DNA from: Squalus acanthias
Taxonomy: Eukaryota
Direction: 5' to 3'
Assembly (NCBI GenBank): GCA_030390025.1
Contig: JASTWF010000048.1
Span: forward strand, 496,001-560,000
DNA: 64,000 bases
Position 1 is the first letter of the stretch, and each line of letters begins with the position of its first letter. The position numbers were made by a program, and so were the translations under genes. Below the pieces are notes generated by a model. That model was not told where the DNA came from and did not search any database. It saw nothing but the letters and a program-made list of their open reading frames with translations. Shown one piece after another: positions 34,581 to 47,539 of the stretch.

Positions 34581-37205
34581 CATAGAAGATAGGAGCAGGA
34601 GTAGCCCATTCGGCCCCTCGATCCTGCTCCGCCATTCAATGCGATCATGGCTGATCATCGAATTTCAGTACCCTGTCCGAGCTTTCTCCCCATATCCCTT
34701 GATCCCCTTAGCCTTAAGAAATATATCTCACACCTTCTTGAATATATTTGATGAATTGGATTCAATTGTTTTCTGTGGTAGAGAATTCCACAGGTTCACC
34801 ACTCTCTGGGTGAAGAAATTCCTCCTCATCTCAGTCCTAAATGGCTAACCCCTTATCCTTATACTGTGACCCCTGATTCTGGACTCCCCCGCCATCGGGA
34901 ACATCCTTCCTGCATCTAGTCTGTCTAGTCCTGTTAGAATTTTATAAGTTTCAATGAGATCCCCTCTCATTCTTCTAAACTCTAGCGAATACAAGTCAAA
35001 TCGAACCAATCTCTCTTCATACTTTATTCCTGCCATCCCAGGTATCAGTCTGGTCAATTTTCGCTGCACTTCCTCCATGGCAAGAACATCCTTCCTCAGA
35101 TAAGGCGACCAAAACTGCACACAATACTCAAGGTGTGGTCTCACCAAGGCCCTTGTACAACTGCAGCAAGACCTCGTTGCTCCTGTACTCGAATCCTCTC
35201 GCTATGAAGGCCAACATAACATTTTGCCTTCTTAACCGCCTGCTCCACCTGCATGCTTACCTTCAGCGACTGGTGCACAACGACACCCAGGTCTCGTTGC
35301 ACTTCCCCTTTTCCCAATCCATTGCCGTTCAGATAATAATCTGCCTTCCTGTTTTTGCCACCAAAGTGGATAACCTCGCATTTATCCACATTATACTGCA
35401 TCTGCCATGCATCTGCCCAATCACCCAACCTGTCCAACTCATACTGGAGTTTTTCTGCATCCACCTCACAGTACACACGCCCACCCAGCTTTGTGTCGTC
35501 TGCAAACTTGCAGATGTTACATCTATTTCACTCGTCTAGATCATTAGTATATACTGTGAATATCTGAGGTCCTAGCACCGATCCCTGCGGTACCCCACTA
35601 GTCACTGCCTGCCACTCTGAAAATGACCGGTTTATTCCAACTCTTTGCTTCCTGTCTGCCAACCAGTATGCTATCCAAGTCAGTACCTTACCCCTAATCC
35701 CATGTGCTTTAACTTTGCACGCTAATCTCTTATGCGGGACTTTATCGAAATCCTTTTGAAAGTCCAAATGCACCACATCCACTGGTTCTCCCTTATCTAT
35801 TCGACCAGTTACATCCTCAAAAAATTCCAGTCGATTAGTCAATCATGACTTACCTTTTGTAAATCCATGTTGACTTTGTCCAATCCTGTCACTGTTTTCC
35901 AAGTGCTCTGCTATTACATCTTTTATAATGAACTCTAGCATTTTCCCCACTACCGATGTCACGCTTACCGGTCTATAATTCCCAGTTTTCTCTCTACCAC
36001 CTTTTTTAAATAGTGGGGTTACATTAGCTACCCTCCAATCCATGCGAACTGTTCCAGAGTCTATAGAATTTCGGAAGATGACCAGCAATTCATCTACTAC
36101 TTCTAGGGCCACTTCCTTAAGTACCGTAGGATGTAGATTATCAGGCCCTGGGGATTTATCGGCCTCCAATCCCGTCAATTTCCCTAACACCATTTCCCTA
36201 CAAATACTGATTTCATTCAGTTCCTCCCTCTCGTTTTAACCTATGTCCCCGACATCTCTGGGAGGTTATTTGTGTCTTCCTTTGTGAAGACAGAACCAAA
36301 GTTTGTATTTAATTGGTCAGCCATTTCTTTGTTCCACATTATAAATTCCCCTGATTCTGACTGCAAGGGACCTACGCTTGACTTCACCAATCCTTTTCTC
36401 TTCCCATATCTACAGAAGATTTTACAGTCAGTTTTTATGTTCCCTGAAAGCTTACTTTCATACTCTAATTTCCCCCTCTTCATTAATTCCTTTGTGCTCC
36501 TTTGTTGAATCCTAAACTGCTCCAATCCTCAGGTTTTTTGCTTTTTCCGGCCAATTTATATGTCCTCTCCTTGGATCTTATGCTATACCTAATTGCCCTT
36601 GTTAGCCACGGTTGAGTCACATTTTTTGTTTTATTTTTATGCCAAACAGGGATGAACAAATTCTGTAGTTCATCCATGCGATCTTTAAACGTTTGCCATT
36701 GCTTATCCACCGTCAACCCTTTAAGTAACGTTCCCCAATCCATCCTAGCCAACTCGCGCCTCATACAATCGTAGTTTCCTTTATTGAACTCAGGACCCTA
36801 GTCTCTGAGTCAACTACTTCACTCTCCATCTTAATGAAGAATTATATCATATTATTATCGCTCCTCCCCTAGGGGCCTCGCACAACAAGATTGCTAATTA
36901 ATCCTTTCTCATTACATAATACCCAGTCTAAGATGGCCTTATCACTAGTTGTTTCCTTGACATATTGGTCCAGGAAACCATCCCGTATACACTCACGGAA
37001 TTCCTCCTCCACAGTATTGGTACTAATTGATACCCAATCTATGTGATTAAAATCACCCATGATAACTGCTGTGCCGTTATTGCACGCGTCTCTAATTTCC
37101 TATTTAATGCCATCCCCAACCTCTGCATTACTGTTTGGGGGTGTGGATAAGACTCCCACTAACGTTTTCTGCCCCTTGGTATTTCTCAGCTCTACCCATA
37201 CAGAT
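34581..37205 (-). mobile_element. Degenerate CR1 LINE inserted into a tRNA-derived SINE
   Basis: Minus-strand ORF2 fragments (MGDFN, GNYRPVS, GVPQGSVLGP, RPHLEYC). The host SINE resumes after 37205, with a possible ATTAA target duplication. Confidence 0.9.
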
Positions 37206-38439
37206 TAATAAGCTAGTATCATGACCATGAAACTACCGAACTGTCGAAAAAACTCATCTGGTTCAGTTAACTGCCCTCTTGCGGTTCAAGAATGCGGCTC
37301 ACCACCACCTTTCTCAAGAACAATTCGGGATGGGCAATAAATGCCCGCCTTGCCAGCGACGCCCACATCCCATGAATGAAAAAACAATCTCAATTACATC
37401 TCCCATTAATATTCTCTGCTTTAAGGAGAATAATCCCAGCTTCCCTGGACTCTCCTAACTGACGTCATTCATCCCTGGTACCATTCTGGTAAATCATTCT
37501 TTACCTTCACTAAGGCGAACTACCCCATACACATAGGATATAATTCCTCTTAGAACTCTTAAACGTGTCACGAATGTTTGGCACTGTGCAAAGGCGAGAT
37601 GCCTCCCCAGATATGTTTTTCACTGAGACACCTGCTTCCTGACGGCGGTTACAACATCTGTTGAAAACCGTTTACCCACTTCTCTGTCAGACTCTTGGCG
37701 CCTTTTGATGTGTTTTTTCAAAGAAACTAGAAGTTCAGCCCAGCGAAGAACTTAACCCTTTAATTCTCGTTTTGCAGATGGGAACTGAAAGCTGGACTGC
37801 CTGAAACAAGAATGAACCTTGACCCAAAAATGATCCGCGTTTTACAGAATCATGGAATCGTACTCAGGGAGGCTACTCATTCAGTCCAGTCCGTGCCGAC
37901 TCTTTGATAGACAGATCCAATTAGTCACACATGAGACTTCTCCCACCCTCCTCCATCTTACACTATCAACATATTGCTTTCTCCCTCATGTGTTTATCTC
38001 GCTTCCCCTTAAACGCATCTATATTACTTCCCTCAAAAACGCCTTGTGTTAGCAAATTCCACATTCTCACCACTCTCTGGGTAAAGAGGTTTCTCTCGAA
38101 TTCCCTATTTGATTTATTACTGTCTTTCTTATACTTATGGACCCTAGTTTTGGCCTCTCCTATCCAATTATTCCCACACCCCTGCTCATTCCCCACATCC
38201 CTGTTTTTTCCTCTTCAAGTTCATGTCCAATTCCCTTGTAAGATCTTAAATGATCACTGAGTTCTTGGACAAGACACCAATAGGCAGCAGCCAGTATGTT
38301 TGAGCAATAGATGAAGATGTATTAAGCTTACAGCGTCATCAATACTGAACATTAGGCGATAGTTCTAACGAGTTTCTCGCGGCCCTTGGTCTTTGGAACC
38401 TCTTTGCCACAGATTACGCCATCTTAAGTCTGTTCCTCT

Positions 38440-39940
38440 GTTCTCGCTGTACCTCTGTGAGATATGTGGAACACTATTTGTTCCAGTCCTGCTCAGGTCC
38501 CCTCCCTCAACTCTTTTTCCGGTACATTGATGACTGTATCGGTGCCGTTTCCTGCTCTCGCCCTGAACTAGATAATTTAATTCACTTTGCATCCAATTTC
38601 CACCATTCCCTCACCTTCACATGGTCCATCTCCGACTCTTCCCTTCCCTTCCTCGGCTTCTCCGTCTCCATCTCTGTTGATAGGTTATTGACAAACATTC
38701 ACTACAAGCCCACTGACTCCCACAGCTACCTGGACTACAATTCCTCCCACCCCGCCTCCTGTCAGGACTCTATTCCATTCTCCCAGTTTCTCCTTCTCCG
38801 CTGCATCTGCTCTGACGATGCCACCTTCCATACCAGTGCTTCCGACATGTCTTCCTTTTTCCTCATACGAGGATTCCCCTCTACTGTGGTTGACACGGCC
38901 CTCGACCGTGTCCGTTCTATCTCCCGCACTTCTGCCCTCACCACTGCCCCTCCCTCCCGGAACCACGATAGAGTTCCCCTTGTCCTCACCTTTCACCCCA
39001 CCAGCCTCCACATTCAACGGATCATCCTCCGATATTTGCGCCACCTCCAGCGTGATCCCAACACCAAACGCATCTTCCCCTCAAGTCCCCTTTCAGCATT
39101 CCGCAGGGACCGCTTCCTCCGCGACACCCTAGTCCACTCCTCTATCGCCCCCAACACCCCTTCCCCTTCGCCCATCACCTTCCCTTGCAAGCGCAGGAGC
39201 TGCAGCACATGCCCTTATACCTCCCCACTTCCCACTGTCCAGGGCCCCAAACACCGCTTCCAGGTGAAACAGCGATTTACTTGTACTTCTTGCAATTTAG
39301 TATACTGTATTCGCTGCTCACGATATTGTCTCCTCTACATTGCGGAGAACAAACGCAGATTGGGTGACCGCTTTATGGAACACCTCCGTTTAGTCCTTAA
39401 GGGGGACCCCGAGTTTCTGCTCGCTGTCACTTTAATTCGCCGCTCCACTCCCACTCAGACCTCACCGTCCTCATCCTCTTGCATTTTTTCTCGGGAACTC
39501 AGCGTGAGCTCGAGGAACAGTACCTCATCTTTCGATTAGGCACTTTAGATCCTTCTGGACTCAACATAGAGTTCAACAATTTCAGATCATAACCCCGGCC
39601 CCTATCATATATATATATTTTATCCACACTTTTGTTCTGTTCTACTCTCCCACATGGCAGTTATTTTTCTTTCTGCCAGCGCAATTTACACTTCATCTAG
39701 TGCCATCCTTTGTTTCTTAACCAGTCCGATTACCATCTCCTTTTGCCTTGAATATCTCTTAATGTCTCTCAATGTCTCTTAAGCTCTCCTGCCTTCTATC
39801 CTATCACAGGCCTTCCCTTTTGTTCTTTCATCCCCTCCCCCATTTCCCAGCTACTACACTTCCTTAAAAATCTGTTCCATTTCCTGCTTTTTTCCAGTTC
39901 TTACGAAAGGTCATCGACATGAATCGTTAACTCTGTAAAT
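38440..39940 (+). mobile_element. Penelope-like element (RT C-terminus plus GIY-YIG endonuclease), 5'-truncated
   Basis: ORF 38457-39539 has FRYIDD, HYKPTD..YL, a Cys cluster and LVYCIRC..LYIAE.KRRLGDRF.EH. A degenerate hammerhead-like terminal motif lies at ~39896-39935. Confidence 0.88.
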
Positions 39941-41566
39941 TTGTTCTTTGAGTATCGAGGTTTTTCAATTTGTTCTAATGATCAAAATAGCATTGTCACT
40001 CAGACATCTTGGGCGCTCCTTTTTTCAATACTTTTCCATCAACCCTATCCTTCTGTCTTGCTTTCTTGTTTATAGTTCTTCACCCCACTGGAAATTTTCC
40101 ATATCTCTTTCATTTCATCGCCTCCCTGGTACAAGGCCTTTATTCCAAGTTCTGTTTGCTATCAAAGCTTGGTCAAAACTGCTCTTGACTCTCCTTGCAG
40201 CTGCATCCTGAACAAGTCTTAGCTTTTTAGTTACCCAGTAGTAATTAACGGTAATATTATTTGGTCAATGGCTACACTTGAATTTATATGTATATGATTC
40301 TCGTCCACTAAATATCTCTAGATATCAGCCTTTCCTACACGCTTGTGAAAGTTACCACTGCATCTGTCTCCAGCACCCTTTCAGGCACTGCATTCCCGAT
40401 CATAACATCTTGTTTGCATAAAAAACTGTCTCCTCACCTACCAGTTGGATGTTTTGCCAATTACCTTAAACCTGTGCCCTCTGGTCACAGATCCTGCCGG
40501 CAGAGGAGTCAATTTCTCCTTGTCTACTCTATCACAACCGCTCTTACATTTGAACACCTCTATTAAATCTCAACTTATCGTCTGTTTTGATTCATTCTAT
40601 GAAGTTGCTAAACTACCTTCGTTTCAAGCGGCTCACCATATAGAAATACTCTGATATATCCTTCTGCAGTCCTAAAGGATGACCTCACACTTTCCCACAA
40701 TGTATCCATCTGTCACTGTTTAGCTCACTCATTTAATGTGTCTACGTCCCCTTTGAAACAGACTTTACCCTTCTGCTCTGCTCACTGCCAATCAGAGAGA
40801 GACGGATTGGACTGTCAAACAGGAAGAGGGAGTCAGGGCTGCGAATCAGACAGCGCGTTGCAGGGCTGTCAGTCAGAGAGGGGAGGGGCGGAGCTGTCGA
40901 TGAGAGACGGTGGCGAGCTGTCAATCAAAGACGTCTCAGCAGCTGTCAATCAGAAAGAGAGGGTCGGGGCTGTCAATCAGAGAGGGGAGGGATGGATCTG
41001 TCAATCAGAGAGGGCGGGGCAGGGCTCGCAATCAGAGAGTGAGGGGTGGTGCTGCAAATCAGCGGGGGTGACGAGTTGTCAGAGAGGGCTGGAGCGGAGC
41101 TGTCAATCAGAGAGTGGAGTGGTGGAACTGTGAATATTTACATAGGGTTACATAGGATATTTGGCACAGGAACAAGCCAAAGGAACCTCCTACCGTCTTT
41201 CCTCATCTAAATCGATCAGCATATCTCTCGATTTCCTTTACCCTCATATACTTGTCTTTCCTCCCCTAAAAAGCATCATGCTATTCGCTTCAAACACTCC
41301 CTGTGGAATCAGAGAGATTAGGGGTGGTGCTGTTAATCAGAGATGGGAAGGGCGGTGCTGTCAATCAGACGGTGAGGATCGGGGCAGGGCTGTCAATCAG
41401 AGAGTGAGGGGCGGGGCATTGTATATTCACTGTTTTCTTATGAATGATAGAGATCGTGGCGTTTACACGCGTTAGTCCGGCCTTTCAAACAACAGTCTCA
41501 TAACTCCCATCGCTCGGCTGCTTATAGGCCGTGGGAGTTCCGCTCTCAGACACTCTCTCGCTGACC

Positions 41567-41925
41567 ATGCGGACCAGTCTCCTGTCCTGCACGTTGCAGC
41601 TGTTTCTATTGGCTGGTAAGAAAAGCGAGAGGCTGGTGTCCCATGGAGGCCTTTGGCTCTGGCGCAGACATGTATTAAAATCCTTCAAAAGAATTGTTCA
41701 ATAATTAGCGAAGAAAGAAGGTAAAGGAGAAAGAAAGAAAGAAAGTCAATGAGGGAACAGCGTTGTGGGAATACATAGACTGTATCTGATCAGTGAAAAA
41801 TAAAGAAGACAAATTGTGTTAAATACAGTCGGGATGGGATTATAGAGAACAGGGTTATTCCTGTATTGTTTAAACCAGTGAGTGATTTTAGATTGTTGGA
41901 TAGATAGATAGATAGATAGATGAAG

Positions 41926-41962
<37 letters not shown>

Positions 41963-42643
41963 CATACATCGTTGTACAGCTCTCTCTCCCTCTGTCCTCT
42001 CTATCTTCAGTCTCTCTCTTCCCCTGTCTTAATCTCTAAATCTGCTTCGCTCTCACCATCGCTTCCCCTCTCTCTGCCTCTCTCCCATCTCTCACCCTCT
42101 CCCTCTCTCTCGCTGCGTCTCCTTCTCTCACACTCGCTCCCTCTCTCTATCCCTCTTCTTCGTTCACCCTCGCTCCCTCTCTCTATCCCTCTTCTTCGTG
42201 AACCCTCGCTCCCTCTCTCTATCCCTTTTCTTCTCTTTTCCTTGCTCGCACCCTATCTCTTCCGCTATCCATCCGTCATTCTCCCGCTATCTATCAAGCG
42301 TTTGTAAAATGAGGAAATGTCCATTAACACCCGTGTCTTTTACAGGAGCGCAGTCCGAATCGGTTATCCAAAGGCCCAAATTTCTCACCGGTTTCCAATC
42401 GGGCTCGGTGATTGTGACATGTTTTGTACCCAAAGACCATCCCAGAACCTACTGGTATCGACAGACTCCAAACCTGGTATGGGAGCTCCTGATCTACGCC
42501 TATCGGACGAACACACCCGAGATATCCGAGGTGTTCAAAGGGCGAGTGTCTGCAGTCAGAGGAACGGACGATTCCTACCACCTCAATCTGACCTAACTGC
42601 AGCCCAGTGACACGTCTGTGTATTACTGCGCTAGCGATAGTAC
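41567..42643 (+). pseudogene. TRBV: TCR beta V pseudogene (V9): leader 41567-41615, V exon 42346-42643, single in-frame stop
   Basis: Leader MRTSLLSCTLQLFLLA(G). Exon SESVIQRP...VTC...TYWYRQ...LNLT*LQPSDTSVYYCAS with TAA at 42594-42596. Confidence 0.88.
41897..41968. repeat. (GATA)n microsatellite
   Basis: Directly visible in the V9 intron. Confidence 0.9.
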
Positions 42644-42682
42644 CACAGCGGTACGAACACGGCGCGACTCGCTGCAAAAACC
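42644..42682 (+). other. 23-RSS of V9 (intact)
   Basis: CACAGCG + 23 bp + GCAAAAACC. Confidence 0.92.
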
Positions 42683-45309
42683 TTTCTCAGATGGCGTTTG
42701 CTGTGTGAGACAGAGCTGGAAACTACAGCGGGTCATCGGCAGGAAATACACAGAGTAAACGAACAACTAAAGGTTTCAAATCNNNNNNNNNNNNNNNNNN
42801 NNNNNNNNNNNNNNNNNNNNNNNNNNNNNNNNNNNNNNNNNNNNNNNNNNNNNNNNNNNNNNNNNNNNNNNNNNNNNNNNNNNNNNNNNNNNNNNNNNNN
42901 NNNNNNNNNNNNNNNNNNNNNNNNNNNNNNNNNNNNNNNNNNNNNNNNNNNNNNNNNNNNNNNNNNNNNNNNNNNNNNNNNNNNNNNNNNNNNNNNNNNN
43001 NNNNNNNNNTGTCTTTCATTCTGTCTGTCTGTCTATCTGTTTATCTGTCTATCTTTGAATGATTACAACTTGTTATTAATTAATTATAAAATGCTATATC
43101 AATGTATCCAATGTCCTTTGTTAGCAAATTATCTACATTTTAATCAGCAGGTTATGCGGTGGGATAAATGAGTTAACGTCAGTGGAGAAAGTGTGGATGG
43201 TGGAATATGTGCAGGCGATATCCGTAACTTCCGATAGGCCAGTGAATTATTCCTGTTATTTCCGCTATTGCAATGGCGACGAGAGAGGCGCGCCTTATCA
43301 CAGAATCCGGGAATGATACATCACAGAAGGAGGCCATTCGACCCATCTTGCCTCTGCCAGCTCTGTGAAAATGCTATCAAATTTGTGCCATTCCCCTGCT
43401 CTATCCCCCATCGATCTGCAAATTTTTTTCCAGGAAATATTGATCCAATTCCCTTTGGAAAGTTACCATTGAATCTGCTTTCACCAACCTTTCAGGATGA
43501 GCATTTGAGATCATAACAAACTGCTGTTTAAAAAAATGTCTCCGCATGTCACCTCTGCATGGACAAGTTGGGCCGAATGGCCTTTTTCTGTGCTCTATGT
43601 TTTATGTATTCCTATGGTTCTTTTACCAATTACCTTATATCTGTGTCCTTTGGTTATCGACCCTCCTGCCAGTGGAAGCAATTTCTCATTATTTTCTCGA
43701 TCAAAACCCTCTATTATCTTGAACAGGGTGAATGGTAGCATAGTGTTTATGTTGCTGAATGAGTAATGCAGTAAGTCTGGACTAAAGATGCCGAGACTAT
43801 GAGTTCATAATCCCACCACGGCAACTGGGGAATTTCAATTCAGTTTAGTAAATAAATCTAGAATTAAAAAGCTGTTGTCGAAACCCATCTGGTTCAATTA
43901 ACTGCCCTCTTGCGGATCAAGAAGGCGGCTCACCACCACCTTTCTCAAGGGCAATTAGGGATGGACAATAAATGCCCGCCTTGCCTGTGACGCCCACATC
44001 GCATGAATGAAAAAAAATTCTCTATTACATCTCTCATTAACATTCTCTGCTTTAAGGAGAACAATCCCAGCTTCCCTAGTCTCTCATAACTGACGCCTCA
44101 CATCCCTGGTACCATTCTGGTAAATCGCCTCTTAACCTTCACTAAGGCGAACAGCCCCATACACAAAGGAAATAATTCATCTTCGAACCCTTAAACGTGT
44201 CACGAATGTTTCACACTGTACAAAGGCGAGATGCCTCCCCGGATATGTTTTTCACTGAGACACCTGCCTCCGGACGGCGGGTACAAACTCTGTTGAAAAC
44301 CGTTTACCCACTTCTGTATCAGACTCCAGGCGCCTTTTGAATTGTTTCTTCAAAGGAATTAGAAGTTCAGCCAGCGAAGAATTTAACCCTTTAATTCTCG
44401 TTAAGCACATTGGAACTGAAAGCTGCACTGCCTGAAACAAGAGAGAACTTTGACCCAACAATGATCCGTGTTTTATAGAATCATAGAATCCTACTGCACA
44501 GAGGGAGGTCACTCGGTCAGTCCAGTCCGTGCCGGCTCTTTGAAAGAGCGATCCAATTAGCCGCCCACGAGTCTCCTCCCTCCCTTCTTCCTCTCACCCT
44601 GTCAACAAACCCTTCTATTCCTTTACCCTCATGTGTTTATCGATCTTCCCCTTAAATGCATCTGTGTTATTTCCCTCAACCATTCCCTGTGGTAGCGAGT
44701 TCCACATTCTCACCACTCTGGGTAAACACATTTATCCTGAATTCCCTATTGGAATTATTCATGTCTATCTTACCCATATGGCCCTTTGTTTTGGCCTCTC
44801 CTATCCAATTATTCCAACACCCATGCTCATTCCCCGCAGCCCTGGTTTTATCCTCTTCAATTTTATGTACAATTCCCTTGTGAAATTTACCAATGAATCT
44901 GTCTGCAGCACCCTTTGAGGATGTGCTTTATCGATCATAACATCTTGCTGCATGAAAAACTGTCTCCTCATCTACCAGTTGGATTTTATGACAAATAACT
45001 TAAATCTGTGCCCTCTGGTCACCGACCCTGCCCGCAGAGGAATCCATTTCTCCGTGTCTACTCTGTCACAACCGCTCTGAAATTTGAATACCTCTATTAA
45101 TTCACCCAATACCGTCTGTGTTGCATCATTCTATGAAGTTGCTAAACTGCCTAAGTAATGGGATGGTGGGTGGGTTTCGCAGGAAGTGATGTGTATATAT
45201 CAATGATAACCGGATGCTCCTTATTTAAAGAAATACAACAGAGAAACGACCTTCAGACGTGGTATTGAGCTGCACTCGTTCACACAGCGATCCCGAGTCG
45301 AATGAATAA

Positions 45310-45361
45310 ATGATGTTTCATGAAGCTCATTACCTATTCTTGATAGCTGCATTAATCCCAC
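45310..45361 (+). CDS. TRBV: Leader exon of V10
   Basis: MMFHEAHYLFLIAALIP + C, then a GTAAGG donor at 45362. An upstream GGAAGTGATGTG (Ets/decamer-like) lies at ~45182-45193. Confidence 0.85.
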
Positions 45362-46101
45362 GTAAGGCAAAATAACAAACTTAAAAGAATAATGTATTAT
45401 AATGTGAGCTGTGTTTCAGTTGATTGCTTTCTTGCCACCGAGCCAGAATGCCGCGGATTCGAGTCTCACTACAGAAATTGAACAGCAAATCAAGGCTGAC
45501 GCTCCCAGTGCCAGTGAAAAGGGAGTGCTGCAATGTCGGAGGTGCAGTAGTGAGGGAGTGCTACACTGTCGGAGGGGCAGTACTGAAGTTGTGCTGCAGT
45601 GTCGGAGAGGCAGTACTGAGGGAGCACTCCACTGTCGGAGGGGCAGTACTGAGGGAGCGCTGAACTGTCGAAGGGTCACTACTGAATGTGGGCTGCAGTG
45701 TCGGAGAGGCAGTACTGAGGGGATGTTGCACCGTCGAAGGGGGAGTCCTGAGGTTGTGCCGCACTGTCGGAGGTTGCATCAGTCGGATGTTACGTTAATT
45801 AAAACTTCCCTCTCAGGTGGACGTATGTTAAACAATATTGATCCCGCAAACAGAACCTAAAAAAATACCCAGTTTTCACATTGCACTTCGTGGAATCTTG
45901 CTTTGTGAAAATTGACTGTCGTGATTACTACATTACAAGAGCGCATAAACTTAGAAAAGTTCTTCCTTGGTTGTAAAATGCTTTGGGACGTCCTGTGGTC
46001 GCGAAACATAGTGTAAAAATGTATTTATGTCATTATATGTTGTCACTGTTCTATTCAATTATTGACGGAAATAAGAATGTAATCGATGTTCCTTTCGACA
46101 G

Positions 46102-46395
46102 GAATACTCGCCTCGTACGTGGAGCAGTCGCCTTCTGTCCTATCGATTGGGGCAGGAGAGTCGACCACGCTCAGATGCACGCTGACGAATACTGGCTATC
46201 CCAACATGTTCTGGTACAGACAACAACCCAACCGGGCATTAGAAGCTCTTTTCTCTTCTGCTGGCGAAGGTGATGCTAGGAAATACACGTCCGAGTCTTT
46301 TAAGGCCGAAAGAATCAGCAATACGCTGTTTACTTTGGAACTGAGCGCCGCCTCTCCGTCTCACACCGCTGTCTATTACTGTGCTTGTAGTATCG
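46102..46395 (+). CDS. TRBV: TCR beta V exon (V10), apparently functional; paralog of V1
   Basis: AG at 46100-46101. Open frame with Cys23, Trp41 and YYCACS. Confidence 0.92.
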
Positions 46396-46434
46396 CACAG
46401 CGTTTGAGAAAGCGGCTCCGCAGCTACAAAAACC
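46396..46434 (+). other. 23-RSS of V10
   Basis: CACAGCG + 23 bp + ACAAAAACC. Confidence 0.95.
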
Positions 46435-46471
46435 TGCAGCGGATGACTGGGAGGTCAGTGCTCATTTTCCG

Positions 46472-46487
46472 CCACCAGGTGGCAGCA
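46472..46487 (+). promoter_or_regulatory. CTCF motif 3' of V10 RSS
   Basis: CCACCAGGTGGCAGCA fully matches the CCASYAGRKGGCRS core, 37 bp after the nonamer. Confidence 0.7.
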
Positions 46488-47539
46488 CTAGATGGAAGTT
46501 CAGTGGAAATTTTCTGCCTTCCAGGTCATAGCATCATGGAATGATCCAGTACGGAAGGAGGCCATTCGGACCATCGTGCTTGTACTGGCTCTTTGAAACA
46601 GCTATCCAATTAGTCCCACTTCCCCTGCTCTTTCGCCGTATTGCAAATTTTTCCATTCACTTATATATTTAATTCCGTTTTTAAAGTTATTATTGAATCT
46701 GCTTCCACCGCTCTTTCAGACAATGTATTCCCGATTATAACAACTCGCTGCGTAAATAAACAATCTCCTCATCTTCCCCTCTGATTCGTTTAACAATTAC
46801 TTTAAAACTGTGCCCTTTGTTTACCATCCCTTCTGCCACTGGAAAGATTTTCTCCTTATTTAATCTAATCAAAGCTAATATGATTTTGAACACCGCTGTC
46901 AAATTTTCGCTTGTGGTTCCGTGCTCTAAGGAGAACAAACTCAACTTATCTACTCTCTCCACCTAACTTAACTTCTGCATTCCTGGTGGCAGTCGAGAGA
47001 ATCTCTTCTGCGCCCTCTCTGAGGATTTGACATTAATTTTGCTCCATTTAGTTCATATTGCAAATTGACAGCTCGATATGGAACTTCAGAGCTTTCGTTT
47101 CGCCACCAGATGCCAGCTCGAGATAGATGTTCAGTGCTTATTTCCGCCACAAGTTGGCAGCACTTGTGTCATGCGCACCTTGACGAAGTTGTTAGACGGT
47201 CGGCCCTTCTGTATGTGCGCTCGCGGCCTTTTTAATCGGCGTCATTGGCTGGAGGGATTGAGGCAGAACAGGTTTCAACACAGAGCAAGACTCAGCTCAC
47301 GTTGCACAGTATCAGCGTTGGCTCAGTACGTAGCACTTTCCTCTCTGAGTGAGAAAGCCGTGGCTTGAAGTTCAACGCCTTCGTCTTGAGCCAATCATTC
47401 AGGATGACACTTCAGTGCCTGTACTAAGGCAGTGTCGCACTGTCGGAAGGGCAGTACTGAAGGAATGTTGCACGGTCGGAGGAACCATCTTAAAATCGTC
47501 TGCCCTCTCGGGTGAACAAAAAAGAAGAATGAAAGAAAG

